From the NCBI GenBank assembly GCA_029259015.1, contig JAPDJQ010000059.1, positions 1-46,378 of the forward strand: 46,378 nucleotides of DNA. The letters run 5' to 3'. Of this stretch, positions 38,485 through 46,378 are shown piece by piece (position 1 is the first letter of the stretch; each line of letters begins with the position of its first letter). Source of the DNA: Thermoplasmatota archaeon. Lineage in GTDB: Archaea; Thermoplasmatota; E2; UBA202; JdFR-43. The notes beneath the pieces were generated by a model. It was not told the DNA's origin. It worked only from the letters and a program-made list of their open reading frames with translations, and made no database searches. Made by a program: the position numbers and the translations under genes.

Positions 38485-38557
38485 TGGGCTCGGGGAGATT
38501 TGAACTCCCGACCTTCGCCTCGTCAAGGCGACGTCATAACCCCTAGACCACGAGCCC
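38485..38557 (-). tRNA. tRNA-Val(GAC), no intron, CCA not encoded
   Basis: GGGCTCG acceptor stem pairing with CGAGCCC-A; D arm TGGTCTAGGGGTTATGAC; anticodon arm TCGCC-TTGACGA-GGCGA; T arm GGGAG-TTCAAAT-CTCCC. Confidence 0.96.
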
Positions 38558-38720
38558 TGAGTTAATATGCAAAACGATATTTTAAAATTATTCCTTCCTT
38601 TCAGCAAAAGAATAACAATTGTTGCAGCAATATGCCCACTCCATTAAATAACGAACTCATGCAGCCACCAACCAATTCATTTCCATTTTTCTTCATCAAG
38701 TTTAAAAATAGGCATGATAT

Positions 38721-41030
38721 ATGGAAAAGGAGATGGAGGCGTTAGAACATATTCAGAAATTGGCAGCGGAGGCAAAGAAATATAATGAAAGGCGTATGGT
38801 AGTTTTAGCTGGCAGTAGGGAAAAAAGTTTTCATATTCTCTTTTCTTTTCTTGCAGATTATAATGGCAAGATTGCTCTCCTTTCTTCATTAGAGATGAAA
38901 TTTAATGGAATAGATTGTTTCCATTTAAAGGATTCAAGCAAACTGCTTGGCACCACTTATGACATTCTAATTTTGGACATATATCATTCCCTGCAGCCAT
39001 CTGATGTTGGCAAGTTATATGGCATAGTAAAAGGAGGAGGATTAATTTTTCTCATAACCCCAAAGCTTGAGGAATGGAAGGAAATGGTTAATAGATATCA
39101 TCTTCGCCTGCTTACGCCCCCTTATAAGGAGAAGGATATAAGGAAGAATTTTATTCCGTGGTTTGTTGAGAAGTTAAAGCAGCATAATGGTATAGCAATA
39201 ATTGAGGATGGCATTGTAATAAAAAGTGGCTTATATAAGAGCAAGAAGGAAAAAAGGAAAAAGCCTGTTCTGCCAGAAAAAAGAGAGTTTAATGACATTG
39301 CTTACAAAGTTGCCATAACTCAAGATCAGGTGGATTTCATAAAATGCTTGGAAGAAATGATAGAAAAGCCAAATCCAACGACTGCAGTGGTTTTGAAAGC
39401 TAACAGGGGCAGAGGAAAATCAAGCGCCATTGGCATTGCATTGCCTGCTTTAATAGAAAAGCTTCTTGAATATAAGAAGAGCATGTATGTCATGCTTGTA
39501 GCTCCTGATATAAAAAATGTTCAGGAAATTTTCAAGTTTGCAGAGTTAGTATGGAAAAAAATGGGACAGAAGCCAAATAAAAGAAAGGCAGGAGGAGATG
39601 CTGTTGCTCTACATTTAAACAATGTAACTATCGAATATTTCAAACCGTTGAATGCAATAGAAAAATATGCTGATTTAATTGTTGTGGACGAAGCAGCTTC
39701 CATCCCACCTAATATATTGCTCAACTTCACCAAAAACTCCAACAGGATAATTTATTCTTCAACAGTGCATGGCTATGAAGGAGCAGGCAGAAGTTTTTCA
39801 ATAAGATTTTTGAAACGCCTCAAATCAATGAATATAAAGCTGATAGAATTTGAAATGGAAGAGCCGATTCGCTATAGCAAATATGACCCTATAGAAAAAT
39901 GGGCTTTTGATACCTTGCTTTTGGATGCGGAAGCAGCAGAAGTTAAAGAAGTTGATTTGAGTAAAGTCGTATATGAAAAAATTCAGATGGAAAATATTTT
40001 GCAACAGGAGGAAAAACTTCGTCAGTTCTTCGGCATTCTCATTTTAGCTCATTACAAAAACAACCCCAATGATTTGGCAATATTATGTGATGCCCCCAAT
40101 CAGATGGCTCGCGCTTTAAGTTATGAAGGCAAAATAATTTGTTCCATGCAGCTTGCTCTGGAAGGAAATATGAGCAAAGAGGACTGCCATCGCCTCTATT
40201 ATGAAAGCTCAATGATTCCAGGCAATGTTCTCCCGCAAATAATGATAAGACATTATCGCAAGAAAAAGCTTGGACAATACAAAGGAATGAGAGTTGTTAG
40301 AATAGCAGTTCATCCTGATTTATTTAGGCATGGAATAGGCTCAAAGGCATTGGAAAATGTTATAGAGGAAGCAAGAGGAATGCAGCTTGATTATGTGGGG
40401 GCAAGCTTCGGCGCCACAGTCTCATTACTCAAATTCTGGATGAAAAATGGGTTTTTGCCGATGCATATGACAACAAGCATGAATGAAGTCAGTGCAGAAT
40501 ATTCTGTTGCTGTCATAAAGCCATTAAATGAAAAATTTGAAAAAGAATTGAGAGAGATGAGGAAAGAATTCATGAAAAGGTTCATGTACTGGCTTATTGA
40601 GCCTTTGCGTGATTTAAACAGCAGGGTTGCTTTAATGATTTTAGATTCATATGAAGGAGAGGAAATTGATTTAGGCATAGATGAAAAAGAGTTGAGTAGG
40701 CTGCTGGCATATATATGGAAGGCTGGCCTGACTTACAAAACAGTAAAAGATTGCTTATTCAAGTTATCATATAATTTCTTCCTCAGCAACAGGAAAAAAA
40801 TTTTAAATGAGGAAGAGAGATTACTCCTGCTTACAAAGAATCTGCAGTGCAAAAGCTGGGATAGGGTTGCCAATATAATGGGCAAAAATGAAGAGAAATG
40901 TAAGGAAATGCTGATTGAAGTTGTCAAAAAAATTGTAAATGAATTTTATGGTGATAAAGATGAAGTGCTTGAATTTCAAAAAGAAGTACAAAAGTTTGCT
41001 GAAAGAAGGGAAGAAAGTAGCAACGCTTAG
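38721..41030 (+). CDS. tmcA: RNA cytidine acetyltransferase TmcA/Nat10 (helicase + GNAT)
   Basis: LLGTTYD, ANRGRGKS, VVDEAA, STVHGYEGAGRSF, EPIRY, AHYKNNPNDL, RVVRIAVHP...HGIGS. Confidence 0.96.
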   Translation: MEKEMEALEHIQKLAAEAKKYNERRMVVLAGSREKSFHILFSFLADYNGKIALLSSLEMKFNGIDCFHLKDSSKLLGTTYDILILDIYHSLQPSDVGKLYGIVKGGGLIFLITPKLEEWKEMVNRYHLRLLTPPYKEKDIRKNFIPWFVEKLKQHNGIAIIEDGIVIKSGLYKSKKEKRKKPVLPEKREFNDIAYKVAITQDQVDFIKCLEEMIEKPNPTTAVVLKANRGRGKSSAIGIALPALIEKLLEYKKSMYVMLVAPDIKNVQEIFKFAELVWKKMGQKPNKRKAGGDAVALHLNNVTIEYFKPLNAIEKYADLIVVDEAASIPPNILLNFTKNSNRIIYSSTVHGYEGAGRSFSIRFLKRLKSMNIKLIEFEMEEPIRYSKYDPIEKWAFDTLLLDAEAAEVKEVDLSKVVYEKIQMENILQQEEKLRQFFGILILAHYKNNPNDLAILCDAPNQMARALSYEGKIICSMQLALEGNMSKEDCHRLYYESSMIPGNVLPQIMIRHYRKKKLGQYKGMRVVRIAVHPDLFRHGIGSKALENVIEEARGMQLDYVGASFGATVSLLKFWMKNGFLPMHMTTSMNEVSAEYSVAVIKPLNEKFEKELREMRKEFMKRFMYWLIEPLRDLNSRVALMILDSYEGEEIDLGIDEKELSRLLAYIWKAGLTYKTVKDCLFKLSYNFFLSNRKKILNEEERLLLLTKNLQCKSWDRVANIMGKNEEKCKEMLIEVVKKIVNEFYGDKDEVLEFQKEVQKFAERREESSNA

Positions 41031-41295
41031 AATGGGGACAAAAAATTATAAAAAGGATGAAATAGTGAAGATAATAGCGGGAGGAGAATATATAGGCAAA
41101 GCTCGAATTGTTGAAGTGAGGCAGATTCCCTGGAAAGAAATTAACAGAAAAGATGTCCTTATGGAAGGAATGAAAAGGAAAAAAGATTTGGAAAAAGAGC
41201 TTAAAGCCATATATGGAAAATTTGGAAAAAATAGAGTATTTACACAAATAGTGTTTGAGATAATAGGTGATGAAAATGGAGGAGGCAAAGTTTGA
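40960..41295 (+). CDS. ASCH domain protein
   Basis: LNFKKKY..LL.EGKKVATLR (GxKxxTxR), later DVLMEG; start ATG 40960 after GGTGA; overlaps tmcA by 71 nt. Confidence 0.88.
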   Translation: MKCLNFKKKYKSLLKEGKKVATLRMGTKNYKKDEIVKIIAGGEYIGKARIVEVRQIPWKEINRKDVLMEGMKRKKDLEKELKAIYGKFGKNRVFTQIVFEIIGDENGGGKV

Positions 41296-42607
41296 AAGAA
41301 TAGGAAGCCACTCTCATATTACCGGCTTAGGTTTGGAAGGAAGAAAAGCAAAATTTGTTGGCGATGGCCTAGTAGGGCAAACAGAGGCGAGGGAGGCAGC
41401 TGGCATAATTGTTGATATGGTGAAAAAGGGCAGATTTGCAGGAAGAGCTATTTTACTTGCTGGTCCACCTGGAACAGGCAAAACAGCAATAGCAGTGGGC
41501 ATAGCCAAAGAACTTGGCAGGGATGTCCCTTTTGTTTCTATCTCTGGCTCAGAAATTTATTCTGCAGAAATGAAGAAGACAGAATTTTTAATGCAGGCAT
41601 TGAGAAAAGCTATAGGAGTAAGAATACATGAAATGCGAAAAATTTACGAAGGAGAGGTAACAACTCTTGATATCCAAACAGTGCCACATCCATACAATCC
41701 ATATCAGCAAGTGCCCAAATCAGCTACACTTGGCTTAAAAACAAAGGATGAGGAAAAGCAATTTAAGGTGGATGAAACTTTTGCTCAATATTTAATTCAG
41801 CAGAATGTAGAAGTAGGTGATGTTATCCAAATAGATGCTGATTCTGGGAGAATAGTTAAGCTTGGAAAAACAAAAGAAGCTTTGAAAAAGGAAAGTATGG
41901 ATTTGCATGTTAAAGATGCAGTTGAATTGCCAGAGGGAAGCATTGTCAAGGAAAAAGAATTTGTCTATGTTCTTTCATTGCATGATTTGGATGCAGCGAC
42001 ATCAAGGAGAGGAAGTTTCTTTAGCTTATTCTTTGGTGGAAAAGAAGAAATAACAAATGAAACGAGGCAGGAAGTTGATGAAATGGTCAAGAAATGGGTT
42101 GATGAGGGAAGAGCAGAGATTATACCAGGTGTTTTATTTATTGATGAGGTACATATGTTGGATATAGAAGCATTTGCATTTTTAAACAGAGCAATGGAAT
42201 CTGATCTGGCACCAATTATTATTCTTGCTTCCAACAGAGGAATGGCAAGGATAAGAGGAACGGATATAAATTCTCCTCATGGTGTTCCTTTGGATTTCAT
42301 TGACAGGCTGCTCATAATAACAACTAAACCATATAACAGGGATGAAATTAAGAAAATTCTGGAAATACGCTTGAAAGAAGAAAAAGTGCAAATGGAAAAG
42401 GATGCTCTGGAATACTTAACAGAGATAGGAGTGAAAGCATCGTTGCGATATGCTGTCCAGCTAATAGCGCCTGCATCAAACATTGCCTCATATCATAAAA
42501 GGGAAAAGATAACAAGGGAAGACATTGAAGAAGCTGAAAAGCTATTTGTTGATGTCAAAAAATCAATGAAATATCTGAAAGAATATGAGGAAATGATGCT
42601 GGGTTGA
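41276..42607 (+). CDS. TIP49/RuvB-like AAA+ ATPase (archaeal Rvb1/Rvb2 homolog)
   Basis: RIGSHSHITGLGL, GLVGQTEAREAAG, AGPPGTGKT, SEIYSAE.KKTE, GVLFIDEVHMLDIE, ASNRG, SPHGVP.DFIDR, SLRYAVQL. Confidence 0.96.
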   Translation: MEEAKFERIGSHSHITGLGLEGRKAKFVGDGLVGQTEAREAAGIIVDMVKKGRFAGRAILLAGPPGTGKTAIAVGIAKELGRDVPFVSISGSEIYSAEMKKTEFLMQALRKAIGVRIHEMRKIYEGEVTTLDIQTVPHPYNPYQQVPKSATLGLKTKDEEKQFKVDETFAQYLIQQNVEVGDVIQIDADSGRIVKLGKTKEALKKESMDLHVKDAVELPEGSIVKEKEFVYVLSLHDLDAATSRRGSFFSLFFGGKEEITNETRQEVDEMVKKWVDEGRAEIIPGVLFIDEVHMLDIEAFAFLNRAMESDLAPIIILASNRGMARIRGTDINSPHGVPLDFIDRLLIITTKPYNRDEIKKILEIRLKEEKVQMEKDALEYLTEIGVKASLRYAVQLIAPASNIASYHKREKITREDIEEAEKLFVDVKKSMKYLKEYEEMMLG

Positions 42608-42610
42608 ACA

Positions 42611-43153
42611 ATGAAAAATGAAGAAAAGATTAAGCTCAGTAAACTCATGTGTTATATTTTACGGCATGCTCCATGGGAATTTGGTATAAAGCCAGATAAA
42701 ACTGGCTTCGTTGAGCTGCATTCGCTCCTTTCCGCCGTTAAGGAAGTTTATCCATGGGTTACAGAGAAAGATGTGAGGATAGTAGCTGAAAGCGATGAAA
42801 AAGACAGATATGAAATTAAAGGTAATAAAATAAGGGCTCGTTATGGCCATAGCTACAGCGTTATCCTTGATCATAAGGAAGATAAAGACAGCAAAATTCT
42901 CTATCACGGCACTGCATATAAAAATCTGGAAGGCATTCTGAAGGAGGGTATTAAGCCCATGAAAAGACAATTTGTGCATTTAACAATAAACAAGGAAGAT
43001 GCTCATAGAACGGCTCTAAGACATGATAAAAAAGTAGTTATTCTTTTGATAGATGCTGATTGTCTGAGGAAGAAAGACCTCAAGATTTACAGGGCTGGGA
43101 GAATAGTTAGGCTAGTAAAGTATGTTCCTCCAGATTGCATTAAATACCCATAA
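42611..43153 (+). CDS. kptA: RNA 2'-phosphotransferase KptA/Tpt1
   Basis: [39 protein letters not shown]. Confidence 0.95.
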   Translation: MKNEEKIKLSKLMCYILRHAPWEFGIKPDKTGFVELHSLLSAVKEVYPWVTEKDVRIVAESDEKDRYEIKGNKIRARYGHSYSVILDHKEDKDSKILYHGTAYKNLEGILKEGIKPMKRQFVHLTINKEDAHRTALRHDKKVVILLIDADCLRKKDLKIYRAGRIVRLVKYVPPDCIKYP

Positions 43154-43181
43154 TCTTTTTATATTACACTGTAATACCATC

Positions 43182-44330
43182 ATGGAAGCTTTGGGAGATA
43201 AAAAGGGTGTGTTGAAGAGCATAATAAAACAGTTGCATCAGGGTGCAAGTATTGAAGAAGTCAGAGAAAAAGCAAAAGAAATTTTAAAGGACTTAACACC
43301 TGCAGAAATAGCAGAAGTAGAACAGGAACTGGTTAAAGAAGGCATATCAAGAGAAGAAATTCAAAAACTATGTGACATTCATTTAGAGATTTTTAAAGAG
43401 GCAGTTGAGAAAAAAGCAATTTCATTGCCAGAATGGCATCCCTTGTATATATTAATGGAGGAACATAAAATTTTGCTTGAATTTGCTGAAAAGTTGAATA
43501 AAGCAGCAAACGAAAATGATGCTGAGAGGGTTGACAAAATAGTGCACCATTTGAAAGAGGCTGAAAAGCATTATCTGAGGGAGGAGAATGTTTTATTTCC
43601 TTACATAGAAAAGCACGGCATAACGGAGCCTCCTGCCATTATGTGGATGGAACACGATAAAATAAGAGAGATGAAAAAGAAAATTTATGAATTTGCAGAA
43701 AAGAAAGATTTTGAAAGGTTGAAGGAAATGGCTATTGCTCTGCAAAAAATGCTATCTAGCCATTTCTATAAGGAAAATAATGTGCTTTTCCCAACAGCTT
43801 TAAAGGTAATGGATGAAGAAGAATGGAAAGATATTAGGCAGCAATTTGATGAAATTGGATATTGTTGCTTCACACCTCCAGTGAAAAAGATTGAATATGA
43901 GGAAAAACCATGTGAGGAAAAAGAAGGTGTGATTAATTTTGAAACAGGAAGTTTATCAAAAGAAGAACTTGAGGCTATGCTGAATACACTGCCAGTTGAT
44001 ATTACTTTCGTGGATAAAGATGATACTGTCAGATATTTCAGTCAGTCAAAGGATAGAATTTTTGTGAGGACAAAAGCCATAATAGGCAGGAAAGTGCAGA
44101 ATTGTCATCCAGGCAAAAGCGTTCATATTGTAAACAAAATATTAGAGGAATTTAAAAAAGGAAATAGAGATAAAGCAGAATTTTGGCTCGATATGAATGG
44201 AAGAAAAATATACATAAGATATTTTGCAGTCAGGAAAAATGGCGAGTATATTGGCATAATAGAAGTTACGCAGGATATAACAGATATAAAGAAGATAGAG
44301 GGAGAAAAGAGATTGCTTGACTGGGAATGA
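43182..44330 (+). CDS. DUF438 + hemerythrin-like + PAS domain protein
   Basis: EI..VEQEL..EG....EIQKLCDIH; HP...LMEEH, HYLREENVLFP, MWMEHD, H.YKENNVLFP; PAS region LPVDITFVD...RIFVR....IGRKVQNCHP. Confidence 0.88.
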   Translation: MEALGDKKGVLKSIIKQLHQGASIEEVREKAKEILKDLTPAEIAEVEQELVKEGISREEIQKLCDIHLEIFKEAVEKKAISLPEWHPLYILMEEHKILLEFAEKLNKAANENDAERVDKIVHHLKEAEKHYLREENVLFPYIEKHGITEPPAIMWMEHDKIREMKKKIYEFAEKKDFERLKEMAIALQKMLSSHFYKENNVLFPTALKVMDEEEWKDIRQQFDEIGYCCFTPPVKKIEYEEKPCEEKEGVINFETGSLSKEELEAMLNTLPVDITFVDKDDTVRYFSQSKDRIFVRTKAIIGRKVQNCHPGKSVHIVNKILEEFKKGNRDKAEFWLDMNGRKIYIRYFAVRKNGEYIGIIEVTQDITDIKKIEGEKRLLDWE

Positions 44331-45475
44331 TTGAAGAAATAGTTGAACTATGGCTAGATATATCGCCCTATCTTTTATTGGGTATGTTCATAGCAGGATT
44401 GCTTCATATTTATCTGGGCAGTCCATTTATTAAAAAACATCTGGGTGGAGGTAAAAAGAGTATATTTAAAGCCAGCCTGCTTGGTGTTCCATTGCCTGTA
44501 TGTTCATGCGGAGTAATACCAATAGCAACATCCTTGCATGAAGAAGGAGCAAGTAAAAGCGCCACACTCTCGTTTCTTGTTTCAACACCTACAACAGGCG
44601 TTGATTCAATTCTTGCCACATACTCTCTACTTGGCCCTTTATTTGCTATTTTTCGCCCTTTTTTTGCATTCTTTGCAGGCATTTTTACTGGCTTTGTGAA
44701 TTACATGATTGAAGGAGATGGAAAAGAGATAAAAGAACATAAACATGAGGAGGAAAGAAAGAGCTTTTTAGATGGGCTAAAATATGCTTTTCTTGAATTG
44801 CCTGAAGATATGGGAAAATGGCTTGTGATAGGTGTTATCGCAGGAGGAATAATAGCCTCTATACCTTTTCAGATAAAAGCTTCATATCCATATGACATGT
44901 TTGCAGCTCTCGCCATTTCATTGCCTCTCTATGTGTGTGCTACAGGCTCCATTCCAATAGCAACAGCCCTCATTACAAAAGGATTCTCTCCTGGATCTGC
45001 TCTCGTTTTTTTAATAGCTGGTCCTGCAACCAATACAATAACTTTATCTTTTGTTAGATATAAGCTTGGCAGGAGAAGTTTCTTTATATATTTGTTTTCC
45101 ATTATAACACTTTCTTTATTTGCTGGCATAACATTCAATTTTATATGGGATTACTGGCAAAACATAGCCACACTCACCTTCATGCCACCGTACTGGATTA
45201 AACTATTATCTGGCATTATACTTGCAGCATTGATTGGCAGGGCTTTAATAGCTCCTTTCTTAGAAAAGAAAATGGAAATGACAGAGATTCTATTTGTGCC
45301 AGATATGCATTGTCGAAACTGTAAAGCAACAATAGAAAAAGAATTGAGAAAGAAAGGCATAAAAAATTTTTATGTCTCCCTGGAGAAAAAATCTGTTGGC
45401 TTGCTAAATCCGGAAGACAGAGAAAAAGCAATTGATGCAATAAAAAGAGCAGGATATAAAATAGAGAAGCCGTAA
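44327..45475 (+). CDS. ArsP/DUF318-type metal permease with C-terminal HMA domain
   Basis: GVPLPVCSCGVIP, STPTTGVDS, PLYVCATGSIP, AGPATN; C-terminal MHCRNC metal-binding motif. Confidence 0.88.
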   Translation: MIEEIVELWLDISPYLLLGMFIAGLLHIYLGSPFIKKHLGGGKKSIFKASLLGVPLPVCSCGVIPIATSLHEEGASKSATLSFLVSTPTTGVDSILATYSLLGPLFAIFRPFFAFFAGIFTGFVNYMIEGDGKEIKEHKHEEERKSFLDGLKYAFLELPEDMGKWLVIGVIAGGIIASIPFQIKASYPYDMFAALAISLPLYVCATGSIPIATALITKGFSPGSALVFLIAGPATNTITLSFVRYKLGRRSFFIYLFSIITLSLFAGITFNFIWDYWQNIATLTFMPPYWIKLLSGIILAALIGRALIAPFLEKKMEMTEILFVPDMHCRNCKATIEKELRKKGIKNFYVSLEKKSVGLLNPEDREKAIDAIKRAGYKIEKP

Positions 45476-45503
45476 AGCATATATATTACGCCGTAATAAT
45501 ACT

Positions 45504-45701
45504 ATGAAAGGTATTGCCATTTTTGTTGCTATTGCTATGCTAGCCATACCTTTTGGCAGCATAATAGAAGCTGGAGAAGAAAAAGCTGTTGTCGCCATAA
45601 CCTATTATGGCATCAATGGAATCAGCAAAATAAGGAAGGAGATGAGTATCAATGAAGCGAAAAAATTAATGAAAGAGAGAAAAATAACGCTTTTAATATA
45701 A
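45504..45701 (+). pseudogene. Probable truncated secreted protein (signal peptide plus about 35 aa)
   Basis: Clear signal peptide MKGIAIFVAIAMLAIPFGSIIEA, upstream TATA-like ATATATATTA; ORF ends where it meets a convergent ORF. Confidence 0.45.
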
Positions 45702-45889
45702 CTAGGTATCTCTTCTTTAATGCACTTTAGTATAAGTTTGAATCTAAATTTATATTTCGAAGATTTAATCTCACGTAACTGTTTCTTTCGTTCCTCTAAC
45801 TCTTTGTTTCGTTTTTTTAACAAACTGTCAAGCTTATTTAACGAATTATCGAGTTCCTCTAATTCGGTTTCCAGTCTTTGCAAACTCAT
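45605..45889 (-). CDS. Hypothetical coiled-coil protein or gene fragment
   Basis: Heptad-rich N-terminus (LETELEELDNSLNKLDSLL); the last ~30 codons are antisense to the 45504-45701 ORF. Confidence 0.35.
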   Translation of the reverse strand: MSLQRLETELEELDNSLNKLDSLLKKRNKELEERKKQLREIKSSKYKFRFKLILKCIKEEIPSYIKSVIFLSFINFFASLILISFLILLIPLMP

Positions 45890-45941
45890 TACCCATTACC
45901 AGCTTCTCAAATTATCTAACAAAATTGAACATTTTAAGGAT

Positions 45942-46378
45942 TTAGTTATAATAATACGTGTGTAACTGTTGCAACACATTCGTATTTAAATGAGCTATCC
46001 TCTGTGTAGAAATGCAGACTCTTAATCCGTATTTTCTCCCATGTCTTGTAGATCTTCTATAGCTTCGGAGCATTCCAATTCTTCAGTTTTTCTTCTGGCT
46101 TTGATGAATTCTTGTGCTCATCGAAAACAAATAGGATAAATGGACTTATTTTGAATTTTCTTTTTCTTCGATCTAAAATTTCCCTTGTGATTATGATGGC
46201 TAAATCTCTTATCCTATCAGGATCCGGAATGTTCAATACAATCAATTCTTTTTCGTCAGACTCTAAGCTTTCAAGCAACTCATCAATGGTGATTTCATTT
46301 TTCGCTTTTTCCTTTTCTACAGTTAAAACTTCCATCCAAGACCTTAATGCCTTCGGGATGTCATCCGGTTTATATCTC
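45942..46378 (-). pseudogene. HerA/FtsK-family ATPase C-terminal region with two frameshifts and premature end (5' part outside window)
   Basis: ILFVFDE then, after a shift near 46116, (A)QEFI...EAIEDL; after a second shift near 46048, [31 protein letters not shown]; stop at 45942-45944. Confidence 0.8.

Noticed and set aside
35740-38557. Island integrated at the 3' end of tRNA-Val
   Set aside because: No integrase and no duplicated tRNA 3' end (att site) found by eye
38338-38607. 89-aa minus-strand ORF
   Set aside because: Runs through tRNA-Val and antisense to the flavodoxin gene
1-46378. Genome-wide TGA reassignment
   Set aside because: Many genes end at TGA at their expected C-termini (priL, ahcY, atpI, atpK, TIP49)

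Overview
AT-rich archaeal chromosomal window; gene content (PriL/PriS, GINS, FtsZ-SecE-Spt5-uL11, Rpo6-uS2, A-type ATP synthase, TmcA, TIP49) and the style of the secreted proteins suggest Thermoplasmatota, possibly MBG-D/Thermoprofundales-like (inferred, not proven). Housekeeping clusters are interrupted by large cell-surface genes. Main points: (1) a three-gene cohesin-dockerin locus (9953-24604) with a 3328-aa dockerin-tipped, Cys-rich adhesin-like protein whose domains are nested inside loops of a repeating backbone, a membrane-anchored two-cohesin scaffoldin and a secreted one-cohesin protein, i.e. a cellulosome-like assembly with no recognisable glycoside hydrolase; (2) a tightly coupled tmcA-ASCH-TIP49-kptA operon pairing an ac4C writer with a candidate ac4C hydrolase, a RuvBL ATPase and an RNA 2'-phosphotransferase; (3) a membrane-anchored CWB2-like/gingipain-like protein; (4) a sirtuin with an in-frame TGA exactly at a zinc-ligand Cys; (5) a Na+-type A1AO ATP synthase operon with an unannotated 51-aa membrane ORF after atpD; (6) a doubly frameshifted HerA-like pseudogene at the right edge. 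Also tRNA-Val(GAC). All family calls are by motif recognition only; no database searches were run.
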